Part shown: in pieces, positions 38,624 to 50,096 of the stretch | Layout: each line of letters starts with the position of its first letter | Numbering within the stretch: the stretch's first letter is position 1 | Assembly (NCBI GenBank): GCA_031987605.1 | Contig: DALZZF010000007.1 | Span: forward strand, 1 to 64,000 | DNA: 64,000 nt | Direction: 5' to 3' | Origin: Bergeyella sp. | GTDB lineage: Bacteria > Bacteroidota > Bacteroidia > Flavobacteriales > Weeksellaceae | The notes under the pieces: model-generated | What the model saw: only the letters and a program-made list of their open reading frames with translations | What the model was told of the DNA's origin: nothing | The model's database searches: none | Translations under genes and position numbers: made by a program

Positions 38624-39173
38624 ATAAAATTTTATTTTTAAAAATACTAAAATTTCACAAATCCGGATTTTGAACAATATAAAAAAAGAGGGCATTTGAT
38701 AATTTCATACTATAATGAATAATGTTTTTTAATCATTACTATTTTTTAAATGCAAAGTCCGCAAATATTTTTGTTTTTCTGTATGCTTTTAGGCTCGGAA
38801 AGGCGTTTAACTACGTCGAATCTTTGATTTCACTTATCAAAGAAAAACAGGTCTGATTTCAATTGTTATGAATGACAGATAATTAAAAAAAAGACTTCAA
38901 ATACAGCATTTGTCATTTCACAGAAATCTAAATTCTATTTGTAGAAATGCTTACGAGATGACAAAATGGGCGCATATTTTTTAACTACTTGAACCTGTTG
39001 TTTATTTTAAATCATTGTATTTTGACTTAGTTAAAAGCTGTTGCTAAAAAAAATGTAATTGATTATCAGTTATTTACATTCAATTGTGCCTTTTTTTTAA
39101 TGCATATGACCGTAACATTCATACAATTCAACTATTAAAAATTTTCTTCTACATTTGTAAAAAATTCTATATT

Positions 39174-39959
39174 ATGAAACGATTGATTATAATGGCGATG
39201 GCATTAGGATTTTCCTTTAATGCACAAGCCCAGATTCTGGATGTGATTAAATCCACCGTGAAAAACTCTACAGGAATCGACGTAGATCAGGTGAAAAATT
39301 CCGGAACAAAAACATCCACTTCAACCGGCAGCACCAACAGCATCATTAATTCCCTTTCCTCTTCAGAAATTTCGTCCGGTCTGAAAGAAGCTCTGAATTT
39401 AGGCGTAACAGAAGGAATCCAGAAACTTGGCGTGGAAGACGGATTTTATAAAAATGAACTCGTGAAAATTCTGCTTCCGGAAAAACTTCGGAAAATAGAT
39501 ACCACATTGCGTTCCGTAGGTTTGGGAAGTCTTGCAGACAAAGGCCTCAAACTGATGAACCGCGCTGCCGAAGATGCTGTAACGGAAGCCGCTCCCATTT
39601 TTGCAAATGCCATTACATCCATAACGATTACCGATGCAAAAAACATTCTTCTGGGAAACGACAATGCTGCAACCACTTATTTGCAAACCAAAACGCAAAG
39701 CCAGCTGTTTACCGCTTTTGAACCTAAAGTAAAGGCTTCACTCGGAAAAGTGGGTGCAGATAAAGTCTGGAATCAGATGATCTCAAAATACAACCTCGTT
39801 TCCGGACAGAATATATCAACAGATCTTAACGAATATGTAACCACGGAAACCATAAACGGCGTTTTTAAAATGGTCGCAGAAAAAGAATCCGGAATCCGGA
39901 ACAATTCCGTATTGCGCACCACTTCGCTGCTCAAGAAAGTATTTGGTGCTCAGGATTAA
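39174..39959 (+). CDS. DUF4197 family secreted protein
   Basis: Signal peptide beginning MKRLIIMAMALG. -7 box tacatttg upstream. The SSGLKEALNLGV region matches DUF4197. Confidence 0.5.
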   Translation: MKRLIIMAMALGFSFNAQAQILDVIKSTVKNSTGIDVDQVKNSGTKTSTSTGSTNSIINSLSSSEISSGLKEALNLGVTEGIQKLGVEDGFYKNELVKILLPEKLRKIDTTLRSVGLGSLADKGLKLMNRAAEDAVTEAAPIFANAITSITITDAKNILLGNDNAATTYLQTKTQSQLFTAFEPKVKASLGKVGADKVWNQMISKYNLVSGQNISTDLNEYVTTETINGVFKMVAEKESGIRNNSVLRTTSLLKKVFGAQD

Positions 39960-40406
39960 CTGCGGATTATATCTTTATCGGTGTATCTCTTTATTCCTTT
40001 TTTCAGGTAATGAATAATATGACAAGTCTCAAACGCATTAAAAGATTATCAAATAATTATTAAATTACATTGATTTATTGAAAAAAAATCAATAAACGCA
40101 AAGATAAACAAAGATTTTTTATTTGTTTAAACAGTATTTTAAGAAATACAAAGACATTTCATTTACGAATGCAATAATTATTTTGTATTACTTTAATTAA
40201 GATTTATCGCCCTTGCTTATCTTTATTTAAAGATTTTTTGAATGAATTCTTCGTTTCCCTTTGCGTTAATTGTAATGCGTATAACCTGATAATATGACAG
40301 ATAATCAAAATCATTCATTTTTTTGATTATTTTTCAATACGTTTTCTATAGTTCTGCAGAATATTCTGCGGAACTTTTTATTTTTGTAGAAAACAAACCG
40401 TCTTCT

Positions 40407-41333
40407 ATGCAAACTACCGATACTGTTCTGATGATTGAACCTGTGGCATTTGGTTTTAATGAACAAACTGCCGAAAACAACTACTTTCAGGTGAATTTTG
40501 AAACCATGGAAACCCAAACCCGTGCGCTTCAGGAATTTCAAAATCTGGTGGAAAAACTTCGTAGTAAAGGTATTGAAGTCATTACCGTACAGGACACGCT
40601 GAAGCCTCATACTCCGGATTCAATTTTCCCGAATAACTGGGTAAGTTTTGGGGAGGACGGCACGGTTTTTCTTTATCCGATGTTTGCCCCAAACCGCCGC
40701 GATGAAAGGCGTATGGAGATTTTAGATGCCGTAAAAAATCATGGTTTTATCATCAGCAAAGTGGTGGACCTCTCCTATTTCGAAACCGAAAACCGATTTC
40801 TGGAGGGAACAGGAAGCATGATTTTCGACCACGATTATAAAATTGCGTATGGTTCCGTTTCTTTACGTCTGGATGAAGAACTTTTCCGGGAATTCTGCTC
40901 CAATATTGGTTTTGAACCGGTGGTTTTTCATTCCTTTCAAACGGCGGACGATCATCGGCTTCCGATTTATCATACCAATGTGATGATGTGTATTGCAGAC
41001 AGTTTTGTGATTATTTGTCTGGATTCTATCGACAGTGAAATTGAGCGTGAAAAAGTTCAGGAAATCATAAAATCTACCCAAAAGGAACTGATTGAAATTT
41101 CGGAAAACCAACTCCAGCAGTTCGCCGGAAATATGCTTCAACTGCATAACAAAAACGGAGAAAAATTTCTAATCATGAGCGAAACTGCTTACAAATCCTT
41201 AACTCCGAAACAGATTTCAAAAATTGAAAAATACAATGAAATTATTTATTCTGATCTTCACAATATCGAAGTAAATGGTGGCGGAAGTGCACGCTGTATG
41301 CTGGCGGAGGTTTTTCTGCCGAAAACATCATAA
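40407..41333 (+). CDS. Amidinotransferase-superfamily hydrolase (arginine deiminase-related / CtlX-like)
   Basis: The MQTTDTVLMIEPVAFGFNEQTAENNYFQ N-terminus and C-terminal catalytic Cys (GGGSARCMLAEV) are typical. A -7 box tatttttg sits upstream. Confidence 0.65.
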   Translation: MQTTDTVLMIEPVAFGFNEQTAENNYFQVNFETMETQTRALQEFQNLVEKLRSKGIEVITVQDTLKPHTPDSIFPNNWVSFGEDGTVFLYPMFAPNRRDERRMEILDAVKNHGFIISKVVDLSYFETENRFLEGTGSMIFDHDYKIAYGSVSLRLDEELFREFCSNIGFEPVVFHSFQTADDHRLPIYHTNVMMCIADSFVIICLDSIDSEIEREKVQEIIKSTQKELIEISENQLQQFAGNMLQLHNKNGEKFLIMSETAYKSLTPKQISKIEKYNEIIYSDLHNIEVNGGGSARCMLAEVFLPKTS

Positions 41334-41406
41334 AACCTGAAAAAAAAGAAACCCACATTTAAAATGCAGGTTTTCCTTGGAAAAATTTAATATGAAAAAA
41401 TGAATG

Positions 41407-43638
41407 TTATCTTGTTCGGGATGATGCTTCACTGCTGGCATCTTTAATGTCTCTGATTTTTTTCACTTTCTGGTTTCCGAAATTATACACCACACTGAAC
41501 GTAAATTTCTGGCGATACTGCTCGTTCTGCAAATAATTGTAACTTCCGCCCGGTTGCCGATCTTCAATTTCCACAAGATTGGTTTTTAGAACATCATTTA
41601 CAGCGGCATTGAAAGTCCAGTTATTCCAGATTTTTTTGATGCTAAGATCCAGACTCATCAAATCTTTCAGTAATCCGAGTTCGATTTGCTGCTTGTCTAC
41701 ATAGAAGAAATTCACGCCGGCAAACCAGGATTTTGCTTTGTCCAGACGAATGGTATTATTGGTGGTAATGAGCAAACTGGTTGAATTCACTTTGTTGGTA
41801 TACGTTGGGAAAGTATCTCCGGTTGTAGGATCCACGCTTAAACTTCCGTTGTTCCGGTTGTGCTGAAAACCAATATTAAAATTAGTGGTCAAGATTTGTT
41901 TGAAAAACGATTTCTGCATTCCCAGCATGGCAGACATCTCTTGTTTATCGCCAAAATTGGTCCGGATGTAGCGCATCTGATAATTAGGAGCTACTTCTCC
42001 ATTTGGTGAAACCGGGAATCCCTGCAACGGAATCTGATTGATGACATCCTTCATATAAGAATGGTTCAAAACCAGAAAATAAGAGTTTTTAAACATATAC
42101 GTCAGTTCCTGATTATAGGTGGAAGATGCTTTTACAAAAGGATTATTCTGCACATAATTATCATCGGTAAGAATATTTTTTACAGGATTCAGTTCCCAGA
42201 AACTCGGTCTTCTCATTCGGCTGGAAAAAGAATAACTCAGATTATTGTTTTCATTAATCGCATAATTGAAAGAAAGGTAGGGAAGCAGGTTGCTGTAATT
42301 TCTTTCAATTTTTCTCAGGTTGGGATCCTGTGCATTGTCGGAAGTTCCCAAACTGTTGGTCACTTCATATCGGGCTCCGATTTTCCCGGAAAATTTATCC
42401 GAAAATTTGTTTTCCAGAGTTACATAAGCGGCATAAATATTTTCATCATAAATAAAATAATTCGGCTCGCTTTTGTGGGTGTTGCTTACGAAATCCATGG
42501 TTTCGGTATCGGTATCGTTATCAGTTTTGGTTTTGTTGAAATATCCTCCTGCCGCAAGACTGAAATCATTTTTAAATTTCTTCACATAATCCAGCATTCC
42601 GGTGAAGTTTTCAATTTTTTGTGGCAGTTTCTGGATCACCTGTTTAGTTAATCCGAGATCGTTTCGGTCGGCATCCGAAAGCAAAGTCTGGTTGTCTGCA
42701 AACTGGAAACGACGGTAATTGAGGTATGCTGCATTTGCATTCAGTTTGCTTCCTAATGAATCCAATTTTAATTCATAATTCAAATTGAATGAGTTATTGT
42801 ATGTCCGTGCATTTTCAACATTTTTTGAAATGCTGTACCGTGTTCCTGCCGCACTGCGAATGGTATTGAAAAGATTGATAGAAGAGCCATAACTTCTGTT
42901 TGCCCAGGAATTCCAGGTGAGTGCAAGATTGGATTTCTCGGAAAGCTGATAGTCAATGTTCAGGTAACCGCCAAGATTTTTATTCGGATCGTCGATATTT
43001 CCAACGGATTCGGTGAAATTTTGTCCGGCTCCGTTTCGGATAATATAGGTTTGTGGCTGAATATTCTCACTGGTATTGATACTTGTGGAAATCCCAAGTT
43101 TGTCTTTTCGGTAGTTCAGGGAAACGCCTGCAGAAGTTGAGTTATACTTGTTTTGTGCGTTCGACATCCGCATATTTCCGTTCAGTCCGTTGGATGATTT
43201 TTTCTTGAGAATGATATTGATAATTCCATCCGAAGATTCCACCTGATATTCCGAACCGGGAGTGGTAATCACTTCAATTTTCTGGATATTTTCCGCTGCT
43301 GTATTCTGAAGAAACTGGGCAAGAGATTCTGCATCCATATTGGTTTTTCTTCCGTCAATAAAAACAATGGCGTTGTTTTTTCCTGCTATTTTCAGGGTTT
43401 TATCATCGGTGCTGGAAATCATTGGGGTTTGTTTCAGTATATCAAATGTGGTGTTTCCTTTTACGGCTGGAGCCTGTGAAACATCATATACAAAACGGTC
43501 GGATTTTTTGGTGAATACTTTTTTGGTCATCAGAACTTCCTGAATGTTTTCTACTCTTACACTGTCTTTCTTCGGTGTTTCCTGTGCAGAGATGATTCCG
43601 TACAAGAAAAGTGCGGCTATGGCAATTGATTTTTTCAT
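41407..43638 (-). CDS. TonB-dependent receptor-like outer-membrane beta-barrel protein
   Basis: 743 aa with a signal peptide, a plug-like N-domain (IVFIDGRKTNMD...IEVITTPGSEY) and a C-terminal beta-barrel ending in an aromatic residue. Confidence 0.65.
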   Translation of the reverse strand: MKKSIAIAALFLYGIISAQETPKKDSVRVENIQEVLMTKKVFTKKSDRFVYDVSQAPAVKGNTTFDILKQTPMISSTDDKTLKIAGKNNAIVFIDGRKTNMDAESLAQFLQNTAAENIQKIEVITTPGSEYQVESSDGIINIILKKKSSNGLNGNMRMSNAQNKYNSTSAGVSLNYRKDKLGISTSINTSENIQPQTYIIRNGAGQNFTESVGNIDDPNKNLGGYLNIDYQLSEKSNLALTWNSWANRSYGSSINLFNTIRSAAGTRYSISKNVENARTYNNSFNLNYELKLDSLGSKLNANAAYLNYRRFQFADNQTLLSDADRNDLGLTKQVIQKLPQKIENFTGMLDYVKKFKNDFSLAAGGYFNKTKTDNDTDTETMDFVSNTHKSEPNYFIYDENIYAAYVTLENKFSDKFSGKIGARYEVTNSLGTSDNAQDPNLRKIERNYSNLLPYLSFNYAINENNNLSYSFSSRMRRPSFWELNPVKNILTDDNYVQNNPFVKASSTYNQELTYMFKNSYFLVLNHSYMKDVINQIPLQGFPVSPNGEVAPNYQMRYIRTNFGDKQEMSAMLGMQKSFFKQILTTNFNIGFQHNRNNGSLSVDPTTGDTFPTYTNKVNSTSLLITTNNTIRLDKAKSWFAGVNFFYVDKQQIELGLLKDLMSLDLSIKKIWNNWTFNAAVNDVLKTNLVEIEDRQPGGSYNYLQNEQYRQKFTFSVVYNFGNQKVKKIRDIKDASSEASSRTR

Positions 43639-43885
43639 AATAGTTTTCTATAATATTATCTTTAACAAGGTTATTTTGAATAATAAGTATCTTGTATTAC
43701 AAAGTAGTTACAAAAAATTTATTATTTTTTGTTAAAGTATTGATAATCAGATATAAAAATTTATATAAACTATCAAATTAACCTTTCCCTCAATAAATAG
43801 ACAATCAAAATCAACCAAATATTACATCAAAAAAAAATTCAATCATATAATTCCTTAATTTTGAACAAACTAAAAACTTATTACC

Positions 43886-44872
43886 ATGAAAAATGTATTG
43901 CGAACAGTTCCGACTGTTCTTATTTTGTTGCTTTATTCCTTTACCGTAATTGCAGATGTTTTTGCATTAATCGGAATCAACCAGAAAAATATTGAAAATT
44001 CAATTTTCAATAATCTTACAGAAACTCAATACGAAGAGCCCATTGATCAGTCTGTTACCGAAGACAGTGGTGGAAACAGCAGTCTTGCGGTATTGCGTGC
44101 AGAATTGAAAGAATTCAAAATTCCAAAATCCAAAGCATTTTCCACTTTAACGGCTGAACAAAAGAAAACGGCAGCTTTGGAATTATGCGAATTCACCAAG
44201 AAATATGTAAACAGTCCAGAATTTATAGAAAATTACGCACGAAGAAGGGCTGCCACAAAACCTACTTCTGAACCATACAGAATGAGTAAAGAAGAAATGG
44301 CCAACTTGAAATCATCACTTTCCGATGCTGAAAAGCAAATGGCGCAGGCCAAAAAATCTGGAATGCTGAATGCGGAACAAATAAAACAAATGAATGACGC
44401 GCTAAACGATGTGCGCAACACCATAAAAAATAACGAAGATCCTACCCCTAATAAAACGCTGTGGAATAAACGTTTTCCCGAAGATCCTGCTGTAGCGGTG
44501 AAAAACAAATTGCAGGAATATCTTGCCATTTCATCAACCGTAGACTTTAATGCAACACTTACCGGAACAGGAAAAAATCAAAAATTCACCAATCCTGAAT
44601 ATGAAAAAAAAGGATTGAAATGGAAAGCCATATACCGAGCCGGAAAAGAGGTAAACACTGTAACCACAACATTTGTAAAGGAATGGCTGAACGGAACCAT
44701 CATTGATAAAAACAACCTGAAATCCATAAACTCCACATCAAGCAAAACGCCGGAAAACACGCCCCAAACCAACAATCCTGAACAAACAGAAAGGGAAGAA
44801 ACAAAATCCACAAAAAAAGGATTTCTGCAAAAAATGAAAGAAAAGGTAAAGGAAAAAGTAAATGAAATCTAA
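43886..44872 (+). CDS. Hypothetical protein (N-terminal TM, Lys/Glu-rich)
   Basis: 328-aa ORF. No family recognised. Confidence 0.4.
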   Translation: MKNVLRTVPTVLILLLYSFTVIADVFALIGINQKNIENSIFNNLTETQYEEPIDQSVTEDSGGNSSLAVLRAELKEFKIPKSKAFSTLTAEQKKTAALELCEFTKKYVNSPEFIENYARRRAATKPTSEPYRMSKEEMANLKSSLSDAEKQMAQAKKSGMLNAEQIKQMNDALNDVRNTIKNNEDPTPNKTLWNKRFPEDPAVAVKNKLQEYLAISSTVDFNATLTGTGKNQKFTNPEYEKKGLKWKAIYRAGKEVNTVTTTFVKEWLNGTIIDKNNLKSINSTSSKTPENTPQTNNPEQTEREETKSTKKGFLQKMKEKVKEKVNEI

Positions 44873-44958
44873 GAGATGTTTAAAAAATAAAAAAATGCCC
44901 GCGATTTTGCGAGCATTTCTGTTGAACTAAAAAAAAATTATAATCATCAAGAAAATTA

Positions 44959-46437
44959 TTACTCCTTAATAATTTTGATTGACTGTTGTTTCCCGTTCAT
45001 TACAGGTTTTATGATATATGCTCCCGGAACAAGGGTTGAAACATCAACCGTCGCTTTTTCCGAATTGGGTTTTGTACTCAAAACTCTCTTACCTGAGAAA
45101 TCATACACCTCAATCGATTCTATTTTTGCTTTGCTTTGCAAATTAAAAACATCTTTTACAGGATTAGGATAATAGGTGATTTTCGAATTATCAATATCGC
45201 TCACTCCTAAACCATCTTTGATATTTAATGTATAATCTTCTGCCTGACCATTTACATCAAAGTGTCCACAAGAACCGGTAGGCCAATACATTGAAGTGCT
45301 TGTCCAAGAAGCAACTTTCAATATTCTTAAACGTGTATCACCATTGAGGGCATTTTCAGGAACTTTAATTTGAAATTCCGTGAATTTATCATCTTCTCCA
45401 GTCGAACCAAAAATAAATCCCTCCTGAATAACCTCATTTTCCTCATCAAGGATTCCATTCTGATTCCAGTCAATAAATATAGTATAAGTATCAGCTCCGA
45501 AATCTGATCCATTAATTCCCTTTAATTTTACAGTATAGGTTTCTCCCGCAGTCAAATTGAAAATAGTAGAAGTAAAGTCTTCATAAAATGATTCCGAATC
45601 CAAAGAAGAATTATGGGAATTAATTCCTACAATTTCAAAAGAAGTAATAGGAAAGATAATTTTTTGTCCTGTTGAACTTGGAATTTGCTCAATAGTACAA
45701 TAATTTGATGGAGACGGATTATCAGGCAACACTCTAAACTCGGACTGACCATAATTTGTATACTGTGAAGAAAAATCATGTACAGTTACTGCCCATTTCC
45801 CTGGAACTTCTGGCATATAATCTCCCCAAGGATAAGAAGGAGTAAATAAATTGATGTCCATTTCAAATTCACCATTAGCGTCTGCATATTTAGGAGTATT
45901 TTCATCAATTTCTGATCCACTATCATCAGGTGAAAAAATATTAATTTTCACTTCAGCGTTAGGAGTTAATCCTGTACTTTTAATAGTAACCTTATCATTC
46001 GCAAATTCAGCTAGTGTAAGTTGATTAGGTGTTGTGGAAGTATTCACAACCTCTTGGATATTAGCTATAACGGTTAAAGTTGCATTTACAGAAGTTGTGC
46101 CATCAGTTGCATTAACAATATGTTGTCCCAAAATGGAACGATTTTTTTTAGCACTAATTTGAATCGAAAAATTACCGCTTGCGTCAGAAGTTGCGATAAA
46201 ATTCCGCCAAGGTTTTCCGTTTGGATTGGTAGCGTGAACCGTAACTTCCGAATTGGGAATAAATCCTTCACCCACAACTTTAAATCCCCAAGACCAGTAC
46301 CAATATTGCTCTATAGTACCTTGTGGCAAAGTTTGTCCGTACAAATTGGCTGTGTCGGAAGTATCCAACGTAATCTGCTGTGCTTTTCCCAAAGAAAATA
46401 GCAGTAGCATTACCCATAAAAATAAACGTGTTTTCAT
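44959..46437 (-). CDS. T9SS C-terminal-sorting-domain secreted protein with GEVED-like domain
   Basis: Signal peptide. The last ~70 aa (YPNPVKDVFNLQS...VYDFSGKRV...GAYIIK) are a type-A Por/T9SS CTD. Confidence 0.7.
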   Translation of the reverse strand: MKTRLFLWVMLLLFSLGKAQQITLDTSDTANLYGQTLPQGTIEQYWYWSWGFKVVGEGFIPNSEVTVHATNPNGKPWRNFIATSDASGNFSIQISAKKNRSILGQHIVNATDGTTSVNATLTVIANIQEVVNTSTTPNQLTLAEFANDKVTIKSTGLTPNAEVKINIFSPDDSGSEIDENTPKYADANGEFEMDINLFTPSYPWGDYMPEVPGKWAVTVHDFSSQYTNYGQSEFRVLPDNPSPSNYCTIEQIPSSTGQKIIFPITSFEIVGINSHNSSLDSESFYEDFTSTIFNLTAGETYTVKLKGINGSDFGADTYTIFIDWNQNGILDEENEVIQEGFIFGSTGEDDKFTEFQIKVPENALNGDTRLRILKVASWTSTSMYWPTGSCGHFDVNGQAEDYTLNIKDGLGVSDIDNSKITYYPNPVKDVFNLQSKAKIESIEVYDFSGKRVLSTKPNSEKATVDVSTLVPGAYIIKPVMNGKQQSIKIIKE

Positions 46438-46649
46438 AAATAAATATTTTTTGTTGAATCAAAATTGAACATTCGAAAAATATTGATGACAACTATCATA
46501 GTAACAATATCAATACAAAAAAGAATTAGGAGGTAACATTATATATACTTTTATATACAAGTTTTTGATTATTAATATTTTAGCCATATTCCCAAAATAT
46601 TAACTAAAAATAATTAAATTGTTATTACCTTTGATATATCATTCCTTTA

Positions 46650-48203
46650 TTGATGAAAAATTCAACAATTGTATTCTTCTTTCTTGCGTTTTTTTTGGTT
46701 TGCGGACAAAATCTGGAACATTCCACTAATAATTTAATTAAACTTAGTGAGGAAGCAAGAGAAACAAATCGTGCAAAATCTCTCAGCTATATTCAGGAAG
46801 CTCTTAAAATGGAAAAAGAACTTTCAGATTCTACTCTGCTCAATCTTTATAAAGCAGCGGGACTGATTTACAAGGATCGCGATTCTTATTTCATGGCACT
46901 GAACTATTTTTATAAAGAGTTGGAAATCAACGAAAAATTAAACTCATCCGAATCTTTCTTTATTTATAATAATATTGGTGGTTGTTACTATTTATTAGGA
47001 GATAAAGCCAAAGCACGCAAATTTTGGGAAAAATCTTTAGCGGATTATGAAAAATATATAAAAGGAATAAAAAATAATCATGCAAACAAAGAAGGTTCAC
47101 TCATCTATAACAATCTGGCTGTTTTAGAAAAAGAGCAAGGTAATTATGCCAAGGCATTGGAAATGCTAAAAGAATTCAAATCTCAGAATATTCTTCTGAA
47201 AGATACGCTCAATATCATTATGGCTCAGGAAAATCTTGCTGATGTTTACATGAATTTCAATGAAACAGAAACGGCAGTTTCCGAAATTCATAAAGGATTG
47301 GTATTAGCAAAAGCAATTAATTCAGCCTATGATCTATCAAGTTTGAGAATGAAACTGGGAGATATTTTTCTGAAAAATAAAAAAGATTCTGCTTTATATT
47401 ATTTGAAAAGTGCATATGACCTGAGTGAAAAACACGGGTTTGTAGATATTAAATTATCTTCCGCTGAAAAACTGGTTTCATTGTATGAAAATAATGGAAA
47501 TTATAAAGAAGCATTGCAATATCTCCATACTGCAAAATCGCTTTCAGAGGAATCCATCGGGAATGAAAATACAAAGCAGGTAAGTCGTATAGAAGAAGAA
47601 TTCATTGAAAAAATGAAGCATGAGGAACTCATTCAATCACAGAAAAAAAAGGAGATTTATCTCATTGTGGGAATTATTTTACTGATGCTTTTCTCGGCTA
47701 TCATATTTTTAATGCTGCAATTACAAAAAAACCGAAACCAAAAGCGTATTGCAGAAAATCAGTTGATGGCAAATGAACTGGAAGAGAAAAATAAAGTACT
47801 GACAAGCAATGCAATCAAGATGCTACAAACCTCAGAAATCCTAAATTCCACTCACAAAGAACTTCGGGAACTGAAATCGGACAATCCTAACAAAAGGATT
47901 CTTTCAAAGATTATCACCGATATGAAAAAGGGAACCCAGACTTTTAATAAAGTAGAATTTGAAAAACTCTTTATGGAAACCGATAGAGATTTTTATAAAA
48001 GACTACTGAAACAATTTCCCAATCTTACTAAAAATGAACTTCGTCTTTGTGCATTTCTAAGATTAAATCTATCTTCCAAAGAAATTTCCGCCATCACTCA
48101 ACAAAGCCCACACAGCATTATAGTGGCAAGTTCTCGGTTGAGAAAGAAACTATTACTTTCCGAATCAGAAAGTCTTAACAATTTTTTGATAAAGTATAGT
48201 TAA
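46650..48203 (+). CDS. TPR-repeat membrane protein with C-terminal LuxR-type HTH
   Basis: Signal/TM, TPR repeats, one TM helix, then LTKNELRLCAFLRLNLSSKEIS HTH. Confidence 0.55.
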   Translation: MMKNSTIVFFFLAFFLVCGQNLEHSTNNLIKLSEEARETNRAKSLSYIQEALKMEKELSDSTLLNLYKAAGLIYKDRDSYFMALNYFYKELEINEKLNSSESFFIYNNIGGCYYLLGDKAKARKFWEKSLADYEKYIKGIKNNHANKEGSLIYNNLAVLEKEQGNYAKALEMLKEFKSQNILLKDTLNIIMAQENLADVYMNFNETETAVSEIHKGLVLAKAINSAYDLSSLRMKLGDIFLKNKKDSALYYLKSAYDLSEKHGFVDIKLSSAEKLVSLYENNGNYKEALQYLHTAKSLSEESIGNENTKQVSRIEEEFIEKMKHEELIQSQKKKEIYLIVGIILLMLFSAIIFLMLQLQKNRNQKRIAENQLMANELEEKNKVLTSNAIKMLQTSEILNSTHKELRELKSDNPNKRILSKIITDMKKGTQTFNKVEFEKLFMETDRDFYKRLLKQFPNLTKNELRLCAFLRLNLSSKEISAITQQSPHSIIVASSRLRKKLLLSESESLNNFLIKYS

Positions 48204-48237
48204 AAGGCAATATTTTTAAAAATAATTTTTATCCGAT

Positions 48238-49236
48238 TTAAACCAAAATCGCAGGAGCATTTTCCGCTGTGGTTCCGTCAACAAAATGTTTTAAACTGTT
48301 TAATGTAGTATGGGCAATCTGTCCTAATGCTTCGCTCGTTAAAAAAGCCTGATGAGCCGTTACCATTACATTCGGGAAACTGGTTAAAAGCTGGATCGTA
48401 TCATCGTCGATAATTTCATCGGAAAGATCGCGAAAAAACAATTTTTCTTCCTGTTCGTAAACATCAATTCCCAGATGTCCGATGTGCTTAAATTTCAAAC
48501 CATGAATCACGGCTTTAGTATCAATCAGTCCACCACGGCTTGTATTAATAATCATCACTCCCTTTTTCATGTGTTTGATGGATTCCTTATTAATCATGTG
48601 ATGGGTAGATTCCAGTAACGGACAATGTAGCGAGATAATATCCGATTGTGCAAAAACTTCTTCCAGCGGAAGATATTCTACTCCGGCTTCCACCAATCTT
48701 GGATTCTGGTGTACATCAAAAGCAATAATACGGCATCCAAAACCGCTGATTACATCATAAAAAGCCTGCCCGATATTTCCTGTTCCCACGATTCCGACGG
48801 TTTTCCCGTGAATATTGAAACCTGTAAGTCCGTTTAATGAAAAATTCTGTTCACGAACTCTGTTGTAGGCTTTATTCGTTTTACGGTTCAGGGTAAGAAT
48901 CAATGCCATTGCATGTTCGGCAACCGCTTGTGGTGAATATGCAGGAACTCTGCAAACACGCAGACCAAGGCGTTTTGCAGCCTCCAGATCCACATTATTG
49001 AAACCGGCGCAACGCATCGCAATATATTTTACACCTTTGGAAGCCAGAACTTCCAAAACATCGGCATTCAGCTTGTCATTCACGAAAGCGCAAATGGCAT
49101 CGGATTTTTCGATAACATTTACGATATGTGGACCCAAATGTGTCTCGTAATAATCAAATTTGAAATGGAAATCTTTGTTGATTTTGTCAAAGTATTCCTT
49201 ATCATAAGGTTTGGTAGAAAAAAATGTGACTTTCAT
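48238..49236 (-). CDS. D-isomer-specific 2-hydroxyacid dehydrogenase (D-lactate dehydrogenase-like)
   Basis: 332 aa with an NAD-binding GxGxxG (GIVGTGNIG) and catalytic R/E/H spacing. Confidence 0.8.
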   Translation of the reverse strand: MKVTFFSTKPYDKEYFDKINKDFHFKFDYYETHLGPHIVNVIEKSDAICAFVNDKLNADVLEVLASKGVKYIAMRCAGFNNVDLEAAKRLGLRVCRVPAYSPQAVAEHAMALILTLNRKTNKAYNRVREQNFSLNGLTGFNIHGKTVGIVGTGNIGQAFYDVISGFGCRIIAFDVHQNPRLVEAGVEYLPLEEVFAQSDIISLHCPLLESTHHMINKESIKHMKKGVMIINTSRGGLIDTKAVIHGLKFKHIGHLGIDVYEQEEKLFFRDLSDEIIDDDTIQLLTSFPNVMVTAHQAFLTSEALGQIAHTTLNSLKHFVDGTTAENAPAILV

Positions 49237-49308
49237 ATCGCAAATTTAAATAATGATGATCTGGATTAAAAGCAAATCAGTATGATATTTGATACGATTG
49301 CGGATTTT

Positions 49309-50043
49309 TTATTCTCTGTCGAACTGTGCCAGTTTTTTATCCACCCAAATTGTTGCAAACGGAAAAAGCGAAGACAACAGTGCATACACAAAATCCTCAT
49401 CATCCCAATTGAAAATTTTTCGTGCGGGAAGACAAAGCAGCAGATAAAGCGTAAAAAACAACCCGTGAATATTCCCGACGATAATGATAAAAATAGTGGG
49501 TAAAAGTCCCTCCTCATCATAACGTTTCCAAACCATCGCAATACAGTACAGCAGGAAACAGGAAATCGCTTCGGCAATACAAACCTGGCGAAAACACTTT
49601 ATTACTTTATCCTCAGGATATTTATTGAAAAATTTCATTTTGTTGGATGTTAGATGCTTGATGTTTGATGTTGAGTTAAACGTTTCTTTAAAATATTCAT
49701 TAAAGTGATGTGGAAAGTCTGCTTTCATAAGTTCACTGTCTATACCACCAAAAGTAATTTCATAATCTTCTTCGATTCCAGATAAAAAAGCTCCCCATCC
49801 TTTTATTTCGTGGTCATTATCAATAACTTTAATGAAATTCTGAATGGGAGAATCTAAAAACTTTGTCTCATTATCAAATTCAAAGTCAGCCTTTTTCTCC
49901 AAATAGAAATTTTTCAAAAAATAATATGGATTATTAATCTCAAAAATTACTCTTCCATAAACAACTCCCATTGGAACATCAGCAAATTCAAAATGAGTGG
50001 TTCCAATAAATATATCATCAAGAAAAATTTTATACGATTTCAT
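49309..50043 (-). CDS. Hypothetical protein, soluble N-domain fused to a 3-TM C-domain
   Basis: 244-aa ORF with no family recognised. May actually be two genes. Confidence 0.35.
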   Translation of the reverse strand: MKSYKIFLDDIFIGTTHFEFADVPMGVVYGRVIFEINNPYYFLKNFYLEKKADFEFDNETKFLDSPIQNFIKVIDNDHEIKGWGAFLSGIEEDYEITFGGIDSELMKADFPHHFNEYFKETFNSTSNIKHLTSNKMKFFNKYPEDKVIKCFRQVCIAEAISCFLLYCIAMVWKRYDEEGLLPTIFIIIVGNIHGLFFTLYLLLCLPARKIFNWDDEDFVYALLSSLFPFATIWVDKKLAQFDRE

Positions 50044-50096
50044 CTTTTAATCATAAAATTTTTAAACCCCTCATTTTCCAAAACTGATCTTCCTGT